Made by a program: the position numbers and the translations under genes. Shown here piece by piece: positions 45,821 to 55,833 of a stretch of DNA of 64,000 nucleotides (positions are counted from its first letter, which is position 1; every line of letters starts with the position of its first letter). This DNA is from Bacteroidales bacterium. Its GTDB lineage: Bacteria; Bacteroidota; Bacteroidia; Bacteroidales; PUMT01. The notes beneath the pieces are model-generated. The model had not been told where the DNA came from and ran no database searches. It saw only the letters and a list, made by a program, of their open reading frames with translations. The DNA lies in assembly GCA_007135095.1 (NCBI GenBank), contig SLJO01000178.1, forward strand, positions 83-64,082, given 5' to 3'.

Positions 45821-46984
45821 TTACCGTGCGATGTTAAGAATCGCCGTTACATCTTCGCCGTTCAGCTTCCTGGTTGTTCCGATCGGACCAAACCTGCATG
45901 CCTTTCTTCCCATTTCCTCGAAATGGGTCTGGTCAATGTTCAGCTCTCCAAGAGTTACCGGCATTCCGATGGAAGAGAAAAAATTCCGCAGGGCACTGAT
46001 CCCTTTTTTTGCAGCTGCCATATCCTGCTTATCATCGATTCCCCAAATATTGCGGGCTATTCCGGCAAATCTCCGCGCATTGTTTTCCTCCAGCACATAA
46101 TCCATCCAGGCAGGAATAACCACCGCCAAACCGGCTCCGTGTGTCACATCATAAATCGCGCTAATTTCATGTTCAATGGCATGCGATGCCCAGTCACCCG
46201 GTGATTTGCCGGCTCCCAGCAAACCATTCAGGGCCAGGGTTCCGGCCCACAATAAGTTGGCCCTTAACTCGTAATTATCAGGCTGATCAACAGTGGCCGG
46301 ACCACACCTGACACAAACTCTCAGCAGGCCCTCTGCCATTTCATCCTGCACCAGGGTACCCGTATCGGTCGTGAAGTATACTTCAAAAATATGACTCATT
46401 ATGTCGGTAACACCAGCAGCGGTATGCCATTTATCAACCGTGAAGGTATATGCCGGGTCAAGAACAGAAAAAACAGGCCTCAACAAGCGCGAGCTCATCG
46501 CTCTTTTTTCATAAGTTTCCTCATTGCTGATAACGGCATTGCCATTCATCTCCGAACCCGTGGCTGCCAGAGTCAGAATGGCGCCCAGGGGCAATGCTTT
46601 ATTTACGGTTGCTTTTTTGATCATAAAGTCCCATGCATCGCCATTGTGGTAGAAACCGGCAGCAATAGCCTTGCAGCAATCAATCACGCTGCCCCCGCCG
46701 ACGGCCATGATAAAGTCCAGCTGATGTTCCCGGCATAACCGGATACCTTCCCTGACAGAGCTCATACGCGGATTAGGCTGGATGCCGCCTAGCTCGACAT
46801 ATGCGATTTCGTTGTTTTTTAACAGCTGCACCACCTCATCAAGCAAGCCGTTTCTTTTTACCGACCCCCCGCCATAAGCCAGCAACAGCCGGGAACCCTT
46901 TCCCCTGATCTCAGCGATCATCTCGCTGACTTTTCCTTTACCAAAAAGGATCCTTGTAGAGGTATCGAAATTGAAATTTACCAT
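45821..46984 (-). CDS. Iron-containing (group III) alcohol dehydrogenase, BdhA/YqhD-like
   Basis: LLAYGGGSVKRNG, AVGGGSVIDCCKAIA, and the metal-binding histidines (ASHAIEHEISAIYDVTHGAG). Confidence 0.92.
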   Translation of the reverse strand: MVNFNFDTSTRILFGKGKVSEMIAEIRGKGSRLLLAYGGGSVKRNGLLDEVVQLLKNNEIAYVELGGIQPNPRMSSVREGIRLCREHQLDFIMAVGGGSVIDCCKAIAAGFYHNGDAWDFMIKKATVNKALPLGAILTLAATGSEMNGNAVISNEETYEKRAMSSRLLRPVFSVLDPAYTFTVDKWHTAAGVTDIMSHIFEVYFTTDTGTLVQDEMAEGLLRVCVRCGPATVDQPDNYELRANLLWAGTLALNGLLGAGKSPGDWASHAIEHEISAIYDVTHGAGLAVVIPAWMDYVLEENNARRFAGIARNIWGIDDKQDMAAAKKGISALRNFFSSIGMPVTLGELNIDQTHFEEMGRKACRFGPIGTTRKLNGEDVTAILNIAR

Positions 46985-47172
46985 TGTAATTTTTTTTAAT
47001 CCAAGGCTAATGCATTTAAGATCTCTGCCTAAAATTAGTTAAGAATTTGAGAATTTTGCAATTTAGCAGGCAGGTTTACTGGTATAAAATAAAATTCAGT
47101 AATTTGGAGAAGCAATCACGGGGTAGGAAAACCCTGCCTGATTGCCGGCCAACACTAAATAAAACAATCTCT

Positions 47173-48456
47173 ATGGCGGAAATAACTTATTTGCTGGATA
47201 AAATAAACGATGGTGATAATCATGTGTTCAGGTCCCTGTATGGTGATGATCCCTTTGTTTTGAAAAAACAGTCTGACGATTACAGCAGCCTGATATCGGG
47301 TTTTAAATCAACCTTTGGAATAAATGATGCAGCGCTTTTCAGTACGCCGGGTAGGACCGAGATAGGGGGAAACCATACGGATCACAACCTGGGCCGGGTA
47401 CTTGCCGGTTCCGTCAGCCTTGATAATATAGCTGTGGCAGCAAAAAACAATTCGGGTATAATACAAATAGAGTCGGCCGGATATCCTCCATTCGAGGTTG
47501 ATATTGCCGATACCGGTGCCATAGAGAACGAGCGCTTCCAGCCAGCTTCCCTTGTCAGGGGCATTGTTGCCGAAACCATAAAGGCCGGTTATAATTGCGG
47601 GGGATTTGCTGCATATATTGACGGGCGGGTACCGAAGGGATCGGGACTGAGTTCTTCAGCCTCGTTCGAAGTGCTGACAGGTACTATCATCAGCCACCTG
47701 TTCAACAATGGCAGTATTGATGCGGTGCAGAATGCCATGATAGGACAATATGCTGAAAACAACTATTTTGGAAAACCATGTGGTTTGATGGACCAGATCG
47801 CCTGTGCCGTTGGGGGCCTGATTAGTATTGATTTCCGGTATCCGGCAAAGCCAAGGGTGAAAAAGGTTGATTTTGATTTTACAACTACCGGGTATTCCCT
47901 TGTGATAACTAATACAGGTGGTGATCATGCCGGTTTGAATGAAGAGTATTCTTCATTGCCCTCTGAAATGAAAAGCGTTGCAGCTGCCCTGGGAGCAAAT
48001 GTGCTGAGGGATGTTGCCCTGAAGGACATTATTGCTGCAATCCCCGAACTCAGGAAGAAAACAGGTGACAGGGCAATACTGAGGGCTTATCATTTCCAGG
48101 GTGACAATCTCAGGGTTCAGCATCAGGTTGATGCGCTGGAAAAAGGTGATTTTGAAAACTTCCTGAAAATGGTGATTGAGTCAGGCTATTCTTCCTTTAT
48201 GTACAATCAAAACATCCATTCCCCGCATAGCGCTAAGGATCAGGGAGTGGCCCTGGGACTTGCCCTGAGCGAAATCATCCTGAAGGATAAGGGTGCATGG
48301 CGGGTTCACGGCGGGGGTTTTGCCGGAACCATACAGGCCTTTGTTCCTGAAGACCTGCTGGATCCCTATATTTATAAAATGGAACAGGTATTCGGCAAAG
48401 GGGCCTGTTATAATCTGTTCATCAGGAATAAAGGCTCATTCAGACTGGAGTTATAA
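47173..48456 (+). CDS. GHMP-family sugar kinase, galactokinase family (non-canonical)
   Basis: PGRTEIGGNHTDHNLGRVLA (galactokinase-signature-like), the GHMP ATP motif PKGSGLSSSASFEV, and C-terminal HGGGFAGT. The start is set at ATG 47173 (MAEITYLL) rather than the upstream extension. Confidence 0.8.
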   Translation: MAEITYLLDKINDGDNHVFRSLYGDDPFVLKKQSDDYSSLISGFKSTFGINDAALFSTPGRTEIGGNHTDHNLGRVLAGSVSLDNIAVAAKNNSGIIQIESAGYPPFEVDIADTGAIENERFQPASLVRGIVAETIKAGYNCGGFAAYIDGRVPKGSGLSSSASFEVLTGTIISHLFNNGSIDAVQNAMIGQYAENNYFGKPCGLMDQIACAVGGLISIDFRYPAKPRVKKVDFDFTTTGYSLVITNTGGDHAGLNEEYSSLPSEMKSVAAALGANVLRDVALKDIIAAIPELRKKTGDRAILRAYHFQGDNLRVQHQVDALEKGDFENFLKMVIESGYSSFMYNQNIHSPHSAKDQGVALGLALSEIILKDKGAWRVHGGGFAGTIQAFVPEDLLDPYIYKMEQVFGKGACYNLFIRNKGSFRLEL

Positions 48457-48856
48457 ATTGCCGGCCGGCATCAATCGCTTATCTTTCCTGGTCACATTAC
48501 CCGTAATTGCCAACTGTAATCCCGAAAAAACATAATTTCCATTTTATTACTACCTTAATTGATACCAGTTGCCGGCTGTTCGTTATGGATCATTCCAGGT
48601 GGGGGATTTGTTGTCTTTGGGAGAACTGGCATTGAATGCAAATAAGAGTTTGTAATAATGGTGATTTTACCTAACTTAGTATGATTCGTGGACATTCTCC
48701 GGCTCTGAGGTGTGAACCGGCAGTTAATTGCATGCATTGCAGTTTAATTGTAACCGGATCCAGGCTCAAGCATCAGGGAATAATAAATATAAGGCTTCAG
48801 GAAATTTTAACCAGGAATCAGTGTATCGGGTAGTGTTAACAATTAATTTTAAACTT

Positions 48857-49165
48857 ATGGGAATTTCAAAAAAGTATTTGGCAGATAATGAAACTTGCAG
48901 GGTAACATTCACCCTGCCCCCGGGACTTTCAAAAACAGCTGAATCAGCAAATGTGGTAGGTGATTTTAATAACTGGGACACTGGAGCTCATCCAATGAAA
49001 AAGAGAAAGAACGGGCAATTTGCCCTTTCAATAGAACTCCCGGTTAATAATGAATATCAATTCAGGTACTTTCTGGATGGAAATACCTGGGAGACCGATC
49101 TGAAAGCAGATGCTCTGGCAGCTTCTTCCTTTGCAGACCAGTATAATTCGGTTGTGAAGGTATAA
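48857..49165 (+). CDS. Stand-alone CBM48 / AMPK-beta-like glycogen-binding (isoamylase N-terminal) domain protein
   Basis: 102 aa. VTFTLPP...ANVVGDFNNWD...M.K..NGQFALSIELPVNNEYQFRYFLDGNTWETD is the typical CBM48 pattern. Start set at ATG 48857. Confidence 0.7.
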   Translation: MGISKKYLADNETCRVTFTLPPGLSKTAESANVVGDFNNWDTGAHPMKKRKNGQFALSIELPVNNEYQFRYFLDGNTWETDLKADALAASSFADQYNSVVKV

Positions 49166-49342
49166 TGATGCCGGTAAACCCTGACAGCAGCAGCAGACCA
49201 GATTGGTTTCTGTCTTCAGTGTAAAAGGGCATTGAAAAGCCCGGGGAGCAGCATAATCCCACATCAGAAGACACCATCATTATTCGGGGCTGTGGAATAA
49301 TAACAACCGCTATGGTCTAATCAATAAGACAATTTTAATGTT

Positions 49343-50749
49343 ATGATTGATTACACGGGAAGTTATACTGACCAGTACCAGTTAAGCATGGCCCTTGTTT
49401 ATTTCCGGCATGGCAGGGCGGAGAAAAAGGCTGTATTTGATTATTTTTTCAGGAAGCTTCCCTTTAACGGAGGATATGCAGTTTTTGCCGGGCTTGGTGA
49501 CCTGATCGATATCCTGGAAACCTTGCAGTTTGATGACAAGGACATATCGCTGCTAAGGAAACACGGATTCCCCGAAGATTTTCTGAAATACCTAAAGGGC
49601 TTCCGCTTTCGCGGGAACCTTTACAGTTGCCGGGAGGGTGACATTGTGTTTCCCACAATGCCGGTACTCCAGGTTGAAGCGAACTTGCTTGAGGCGCAAA
49701 TAATTGAAACACTTCTGCTGAACATTCTCAACTTTCAAACACTGATCGCCACAAAGGCAAGCCGCATTCGGCTGATTGCAGGAGACCGGCGGCTGGTGGA
49801 TTTCGGACTCAGGAGAGCCCACGGACCCGGCGGGTATTATGCCAGCAGGGCAGCTGTAGTAGGCGGGTTTGATGCCACCAGTAACGTACGTGCGGGCCGC
49901 GATTATGACATACCCGTTTCCGGTACCATGGCCCACAGCTTTATTCAAAGCTATGACGATGAACTGACGGCATTCAGGGATTTCGCCAGAGAACAACCCG
50001 GAAACTGTGTTTTGCTGGTTGATACATACAATACCCTGGAAACAGGTATTCCCAACGCTATACGGGTGGGCAGGGAGATGCAGGGGCGCGGGGAAAAGCT
50101 CAGGGGAATACGGCTTGACAGCGGCGACCTGGCATACCTTGCAAAGGAGGCACGTAAAAGCCTTGATGAAGCCGGACTGGAGTATGTTAAAATTGCCGCT
50201 TCCAACCAGCTCGATGAGGATGTTATTAAAAGCCTGAATGATCAGAATGCACCAATTGATATTTTCGGGGTGGGGACCAGCCTTGTCACCGGCAGCCCGG
50301 ATGCAGCCCTTGATGGTATTTACAAGCTGTCCTTTGCCGGCGGGAAGCCCCGGATCAAGTTGTCGGAATCCATCAGCAAGATAACGCTGCCTCATAAAAA
50401 GCAGGTTCACCGGTTAAAAACCAACAGTGATGAATGGATAGGCGCTGATGCTGTTTCACTGGAAAATGAAAAAGATTTTAAAAACATGCATAGCCCCCTG
50501 GAACCTGGAAAATCAATGTGCATTGAAAGTTTCCGGAGGGAAGCCCTGCTTGAACAAATGATGAAAGAGGGCAAGCGCAGCACGGAAAAACTTTCAGTTC
50601 AGGAAATTTCAGCCTACCGGCAGCATAGAATGAATAAACTGCCCCTGGAATATAAAAGATTTGTCAATCCCCATATCTACAAAATCGGTATCAGCGACGG
50701 ACTGAAAAGGGAAAGGGACAGGCTTATTGATCACTATAAAAAGCAATAA
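49343..50749 (+). CDS. pncB: Nicotinate phosphoribosyltransferase
   Basis: TDQYQLSM, FGLRRAHG, SGTMAHSFIQSY, RLDSGDL and FGVGT motifs. Confidence 0.9.
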   Translation: MIDYTGSYTDQYQLSMALVYFRHGRAEKKAVFDYFFRKLPFNGGYAVFAGLGDLIDILETLQFDDKDISLLRKHGFPEDFLKYLKGFRFRGNLYSCREGDIVFPTMPVLQVEANLLEAQIIETLLLNILNFQTLIATKASRIRLIAGDRRLVDFGLRRAHGPGGYYASRAAVVGGFDATSNVRAGRDYDIPVSGTMAHSFIQSYDDELTAFRDFAREQPGNCVLLVDTYNTLETGIPNAIRVGREMQGRGEKLRGIRLDSGDLAYLAKEARKSLDEAGLEYVKIAASNQLDEDVIKSLNDQNAPIDIFGVGTSLVTGSPDAALDGIYKLSFAGGKPRIKLSESISKITLPHKKQVHRLKTNSDEWIGADAVSLENEKDFKNMHSPLEPGKSMCIESFRREALLEQMMKEGKRSTEKLSVQEISAYRQHRMNKLPLEYKRFVNPHIYKIGISDGLKRERDRLIDHYKKQ

Positions 50750-50750
50750 C

Positions 50751-51374
50751 ATGAGGACACTTGTCATAATCGATATGCAGAATGATTTTATACCCGGTGG
50801 CGCCCTGCAAGTTCCCGGCGGTGATAAAATAGTTCCGGTAATTAACAGGCTGCAGGATAAGTTTGACCTTGTAATAGCGACGCAGGACTGGCATCCTGAA
50901 AATCATATGAGTTTTGCATCAAACCATCAGGGCAAAAAGCCTTTCGATAAGATCCGGTGGAAAGACACCGACCAGGTCCTGTGGCCGGATCACTGCGTGC
51001 AGAATACCACGGGTGCTGAATTTCATCCCGGCCTGGATACACGAAAAGTGGAAGCTATTTTCAGAAAAGGAATGGACCCCAATATCGACAGCTACAGCGG
51101 TTTTTATGACAACCGGCACGAAAAGAACACCGGGCTGACCGGATATCTGCGTGAACGCAATGCCGGTGAACTGTTTTTTTGTGGACTGGCAGGCGATGTT
51201 TGCGTTCAGTTTTCAATAAGGGATGCCATTAAGGAGGGGTTTTCCGCAACCCTGGTAGACAACGCAACAAGTGCCATCGATGCCGGGGAGTTTGAAAGGA
51301 TCAAAACAGAATTAACCGAAAAAGGCTGCAGGATCATCAGCAGCGAAGCATTAGCCGGTCCGGGCTTGCGTTAA
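50751..51374 (+). CDS. pncA: Nicotinamidase / pyrazinamidase
   Basis: LVIIDMQNDFIPGGALQV, QDWHP, and the catalytic Cys in FFCGLAGDVCV. The ATG lies 1 nt after the pncB stop. Confidence 0.9.
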   Translation: MRTLVIIDMQNDFIPGGALQVPGGDKIVPVINRLQDKFDLVIATQDWHPENHMSFASNHQGKKPFDKIRWKDTDQVLWPDHCVQNTTGAEFHPGLDTRKVEAIFRKGMDPNIDSYSGFYDNRHEKNTGLTGYLRERNAGELFFCGLAGDVCVQFSIRDAIKEGFSATLVDNATSAIDAGEFERIKTELTEKGCRIISSEALAGPGLR

Positions 51375-51501
51375 AAGCATATCTGTACAGGGTATTTTTT
51401 TTCTGCCTCTCAGTAATCGTTCCAAAAAGCACGTCTGACGGCTGCGGAATCATCTATATTTCTTAACTTGCCGGTCACAGTGCTTACCTAACACATTTAT
51501 A

Positions 51502-52743
51502 ATGAAGATTGCAAAGTTGGTTCTTGCCGTTTGTTTACTGGTAATTCAGGTTTCATGCCAGGAGGACGGCCAGAGCCGTATTAGAGTGGAGTTTCCTGAA
51601 TCAGGTGAATATGAGCAAATTACCGATGGTTCAAAAGAACACCTGCTTGCAAGTTATTACGGGATAAATTCCTTTGATAATACCCAAAGGTTTGCCACCG
51701 TTCTGCAGACTGACATAAAATATAAGCTTCCTGATGAAAACGATCCCGCAGTGCTTGGTTTGGTGGATATTACAAATAATGAGTTTATTCCACTTGCCAC
51801 GACAAGGGCATGGAATTTCCAGCAGGGATGCATGGCCCACTGGCTGGGAACATCTCCCGATTCATTAATAATTTTTAACGATATCAGGGAAGGGGGATAT
51901 GTATCGGTAATAATGAATGTTCATACGAAGCAGGAGATTAAAACAATTCCTTATCCGGTCAGTGCGGTGTCACCGGATGGCAGGGAGGCTGTAAGCATTA
52001 ATTTTTCAAGGCTGAGACTGACGCGCCCTGACTATGGCTATGGCGGTGACTTCCAGGATTCAAGAAGCAGCATTGCTTTTCCCGGGGATGACGGACTTTT
52101 TTTGATCGACCTTGAAACCGGGGAAGCGAAGCTGCTGGTTTCCTACAGACAGGTTGCCGACCTGGTACCCGAGACAGGAGAAGGCGAGATTGCCTGGTTT
52201 AACCATACGCTTTTCAGCAGAAAAGGATCAAAGATATTCTGGTTGTCACGGCAAATGGATGGTAACAGGCGTATTACCACTTCTTTTACCGTAAACCGTG
52301 ATGGTACGGACCTGAGACGATGCTTTCCTGACGACTGGGCAGGTTCTCATTTTGACTGGCTGAATGATGATGAATTAATGGTTACTGCCAATTATGAAGG
52401 CAAGCAATATGGCCACGTATTATTCGATATCGGGAAGCAGAACTATAAAAGGCTGGGGAAGGGTTTGCTTGATTATGACGGACACGGGACATTTTCTCCT
52501 GATGAAAAATGGATGATGACAGATACTTATCCTTCAAGGGACATGAGAGAACAAAAGATATATCTAATGGATATGGAAACTGAGGCCGTGTTGTCACTGG
52601 GGCGGTTTGTACAACCGGAAGAGTTCACAGGATTCTGGAGGTGTGACCTCCATGCCAGGTGGAGTCCGCATGGTGATATGATTGTGTTTAATTCCACCCA
52701 TACGGGCAGCCGGCAGGTATATTTATTCCGTTTAACTTTTTAA
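51502..52743 (+). CDS. Lipoprotein with TolB/PD40-like beta-propeller, function unknown
   Basis: Lipoprotein signal (LLVIQVSC). Repeated SPDG/SPDE-type blades (AVSPDGREAV, FSPDEKWMM, WSPHGDMIVFNS). No catalytic motif recognised. Confidence 0.45.
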   Translation: MKIAKLVLAVCLLVIQVSCQEDGQSRIRVEFPESGEYEQITDGSKEHLLASYYGINSFDNTQRFATVLQTDIKYKLPDENDPAVLGLVDITNNEFIPLATTRAWNFQQGCMAHWLGTSPDSLIIFNDIREGGYVSVIMNVHTKQEIKTIPYPVSAVSPDGREAVSINFSRLRLTRPDYGYGGDFQDSRSSIAFPGDDGLFLIDLETGEAKLLVSYRQVADLVPETGEGEIAWFNHTLFSRKGSKIFWLSRQMDGNRRITTSFTVNRDGTDLRRCFPDDWAGSHFDWLNDDELMVTANYEGKQYGHVLFDIGKQNYKRLGKGLLDYDGHGTFSPDEKWMMTDTYPSRDMREQKIYLMDMETEAVLSLGRFVQPEEFTGFWRCDLHARWSPHGDMIVFNSTHTGSRQVYLFRLTF

Positions 52744-52995
52744 AATCAAGTCCAGGTCCAGGTATAGCTATATACTGATCTTAGCCTTGAACTTATGGTT
52801 ATTATCACAATTTTGACATTAAATGCCATTTTTTTACTTCATAATTGGATACAGAACGTGAATGAATGGTATTGGTAAGTAAAAAATGTCCGAATAGTAC
52901 AACGGATTAATGTTGAAGACGATATCAATGCATCCGTGAAATGTTTTTGAATGTTCCGGGCAGATAATAACAAAAACCAATAATAACTGATACGC

Positions 52996-53697
52996 ATGAG
53001 CAATCACCTTATAGCAGGTGCATCATCAGGAATAGGGAAGGAGATAGTCTCTCTTCTTAGCAGGGAAGGACACAGGGTTTATGCAACCTATCGAAACACA
53101 CCTGTACATGAGAAAGCATCAGGAGTGGAATATCATTTCCTTGATGTTACTGCAGATAACCTGAATCTTGATTTCCTTCCCGATAGAATCGACGGACTTG
53201 CATATTGTCCGGGTACTATCAACCTTAAACCCTTTGTAAGGATAAAGCCTGAAGATTTTATCGCTGATTTCAATATACAGGTATTGGGTGCTGTAAGGGT
53301 AATGCAAGCCTTACTTCCCAGGCTTAAGCAGTCAGATCTGGCTTCAGTGGTATTATTTTCAACCGTTGCAGTTAAAATGGGGTTCAATTTTCACAGCCTT
53401 GTTTCTGCCTCCAAGGGTGCGGTGGAGGGACTTGCACATGCCCTGGCGGCTGAGTTTGCCCCTAAAATAAGGGTAAACTGTATTGCTCCCTCAATTACCG
53501 ATACTCCTCTTGCCTCGGGCTTGCTAAACAGCGATGCGAAACGTGAAGCTAATGCACAACGTCATCCCATGAAAAGGGTTGGTTCTGTGCGGGACATTGC
53601 TGAAATGGCTGTGTTTTTACTGTCTGATAAATCGGGATGGATAACCGGGCAGGTATATGGTGTTGATGGCGGGATATCTTCGCTCAAAGTTAATTGA
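52996..53697 (+). CDS. Short-chain dehydrogenase/reductase (SDR)
   Basis: GASSGIGKE cofactor motif, the S...K catalytic region (SASKGAVEGLAHALA), and C-terminal GQVYGVDGG. Confidence 0.9.
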   Translation: MSNHLIAGASSGIGKEIVSLLSREGHRVYATYRNTPVHEKASGVEYHFLDVTADNLNLDFLPDRIDGLAYCPGTINLKPFVRIKPEDFIADFNIQVLGAVRVMQALLPRLKQSDLASVVLFSTVAVKMGFNFHSLVSASKGAVEGLAHALAAEFAPKIRVNCIAPSITDTPLASGLLNSDAKREANAQRHPMKRVGSVRDIAEMAVFLLSDKSGWITGQVYGVDGGISSLKVN

Positions 53698-53747
53698 TGA
53701 TATAAAAACTTTGCAGTGGAATCCTGAAGCCGGAATAAAATTTAAAA

Positions 53748-54254
53748 ATGAAACCAGAAGAAATTATTGTGAACGATCGGATGCAGCGAGGATATCATTA
53801 CCTGCTGACCAAACCTGCTGGTCGTTGCTTCCACCCGGATTTCTCCCCCGACCTCACGCCAAAACAAATGTTGGAACTGGGGGTCTTCGGCGGAAAGTAC
53901 ATGACCGATTGCCGCGAGGAGTTTCCGGCATCATGGTTCAAAAGGGCAAAGCTGTCACCTTTACATGCGGATCCAGAAATGAACTTCTTCAAGGTCAGTG
54001 CCTCCAAACCCCTCTCGTATTGGATCGAAAAGGGATGGATTCGACCCCAGGACCCGAGAGGATGGTTTCAGTGGTACTGTCGATACTATATGGGCAGACG
54101 TTCAGATGATGACGAACGACAGATCGCAAGATGGAAGGCTATGCGACGCCACGTTGCCCAACTTAAGAAACACTGTCGCAAGGGAGACTTATCATGCAGG
54201 CCCGTCCAGAGACAAGCTCTCTTGCATTGGGCATATGACAGTACATTATACTAA
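53748..54254 (+). CDS. Conserved hypothetical protein, Trp/Arg-rich, family not recognised
   Basis: 168-aa ORF with coding-like composition and a clean ATG, 50 nt after the SDR gene. Striking DPRGWFQWYCRYYMGRR...RQIARWKAMRRH segment. No TM segment or signal peptide. Confidence 0.5.
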   Translation: MKPEEIIVNDRMQRGYHYLLTKPAGRCFHPDFSPDLTPKQMLELGVFGGKYMTDCREEFPASWFKRAKLSPLHADPEMNFFKVSASKPLSYWIEKGWIRPQDPRGWFQWYCRYYMGRRSDDDERQIARWKAMRRHVAQLKKHCRKGDLSCRPVQRQALLHWAYDSTLY

Positions 54255-54379
54255 GTGAAGTCGCTGCGGCGGCTTCGTTTTACCGTTGGTCAAATTATTA
54301 TCATTTTGTGTTCAAAAACCTTCCAATAACCTTATTGCTCTGATTATTATTAACCATTAATTTATTTAAAATTAAAACA

Positions 54380-55807
54380 ATGAAGAACCTTTCAGCAATT
54401 AGCCGGGAAAACCCGGCTGCTTTTTCATCAGCTCACCTCTGTTTCCAGTGGTTCAGCGGAGCCCGCCATTTAATGGTAATTTTTATGCTTGTAAGTGTTT
54501 TATCGTTGTCCTTCTCATCCTGTACGCGGCAACCAGAATGGGAGTACCTTTTTAACGGTGAAGATCTCTCCGGGTGGATCCAGACAGGAGGCGATGCTGT
54601 TTTTGAGGTGGTGGATAATGCTATTGTCGGAACTTCGGTTGCAAACACTCCCAACAGCTTTTTATGTACAGTAGAAAATTATGGCGATTTTATTCTCGAA
54701 TATGATTTTAAAGTCGATCCGTCCCTTAACAGTGGAGTGCAGATCAGGAGCCTGAGCCTGCCCGGATATATGGATGGCCGGGTGCATGGCTATCAGGTTG
54801 AAATAGACCCGTCCGAACGTGCCTGGACTGCCGGGATATTTGATGAAGCACGCAGAGGGTGGCTGTATCCCCTGGCAGGCAGTGAACATGAAAATGCAAG
54901 GCAGGCTTTCAGGAACAATGAATGGAACAATGTCAGGGTCGAGGCTATCGGAGATCATATAAAAACCTGGTTGAACGGCGTTCCTGTCACCAACCTTTAT
55001 GATGATGAAACAAGCGAGGGATTTATTGCCTTACAGGTGCATTCAATCAGGGATAGCTCCTACGAAGGCACCCGCGTTTACTGGAAAAATATCCGCATTA
55101 TTACTGAAAATCCCGGAAGGTATTCATCAGAAACAACTGCCCCTGAAATTTCCAGTCTTGCAAATAAGCTTACCGAAAAGGAGGTGGCGGAAGGCTGGAG
55201 ATTACTTTTTGATGGAACGACCAGCAATGGATGGAGGGGAGCGTGCCGGGATGATTTTCCCCGGGAAGGATGGAAAATAGAAGATGGTATTTTAACGGTC
55301 TTGCCAACTCCCAGGGGAGAACCGGTGGCAGGTGGTGATATTGTCACCGTGGAAACGTTTTCGGATTTTGACTTGAAGCTCCAGGCCAGGGTTACCCCTA
55401 ATGCAAACAGCGGTGTTAAATACTTTGTCAGGGAATATAAAACTGAAAATGGCTGTTCCCCGCTAGGCCCTGAATACCAGGTGATAGATGATAATCATCC
55501 TAATCTTAATGAAGACCAGAAAATGGGCACCCTCTATGATTTAATGGAGGCCCGTAACGTAAGGCTTAACAGGGTTGGCCAGTGGAACAATATCCGTATC
55601 GTGGTAAGGGGCAATCTCGTGGAGCACTGGTTAAACGGTTTTAAGATTGTGGAATATGACAGGCAGAGCGATGACTTCGACCGCCGGGTTGCAGCAAGCA
55701 AATTCAAAGATGTTGAAGGATACGGTAAGATAGACGGGCACATACTGCTGCAGGATCACAGGGATGAGGTCTCGTTCAGAAGCATCAGGATCAGGACCGA
55801 TTTCTGA
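54380..55807 (+). CDS. Tandem DUF1080 (3-keto-disaccharide hydrolase-like, concanavalin fold) lipoprotein
   Basis: Two repeats of the pattern W..LFNG.DLSGW...NSG[VI].[IY]...[YE]Q[VI].D...WN..RI...G..[IV].[TH]WLNG. Lipobox SFSSC. Confidence 0.8.
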   Translation: MKNLSAISRENPAAFSSAHLCFQWFSGARHLMVIFMLVSVLSLSFSSCTRQPEWEYLFNGEDLSGWIQTGGDAVFEVVDNAIVGTSVANTPNSFLCTVENYGDFILEYDFKVDPSLNSGVQIRSLSLPGYMDGRVHGYQVEIDPSERAWTAGIFDEARRGWLYPLAGSEHENARQAFRNNEWNNVRVEAIGDHIKTWLNGVPVTNLYDDETSEGFIALQVHSIRDSSYEGTRVYWKNIRIITENPGRYSSETTAPEISSLANKLTEKEVAEGWRLLFDGTTSNGWRGACRDDFPREGWKIEDGILTVLPTPRGEPVAGGDIVTVETFSDFDLKLQARVTPNANSGVKYFVREYKTENGCSPLGPEYQVIDDNHPNLNEDQKMGTLYDLMEARNVRLNRVGQWNNIRIVVRGNLVEHWLNGFKIVEYDRQSDDFDRRVAASKFKDVEGYGKIDGHILLQDHRDEVSFRSIRIRTDF

Positions 55808-55833
55808 GTATGGGCCGGTAGATCTGTTTGGTG

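Noticed and set aside
45710-46204. Plus-strand ORFs of 164 aa and 128 aa after batE.
   Set aside because: They are antisense to the well-supported iron-containing alcohol dehydrogenase gene and have no motifs.
47047-47172. An N-terminal extension of the galactokinase-family ORF. Similar upstream extensions occur at 48728-48856 (CBM48 gene), 50727-50750 (pncA), 59125-59148 (secA, TTG) and 41087-41092 (batB, TTG).
   Set aside because: The extensions are basic or low-complexity, overlap upstream genes or AT-rich promoter-like DNA, and the homologous protein families begin at the internal ATG.
49592-50410. 272-aa antisense ORF inside pncB.
   Set aside because: The sense strand carries canonical nicotinate phosphoribosyltransferase motifs. 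The antisense product has no family resemblance.
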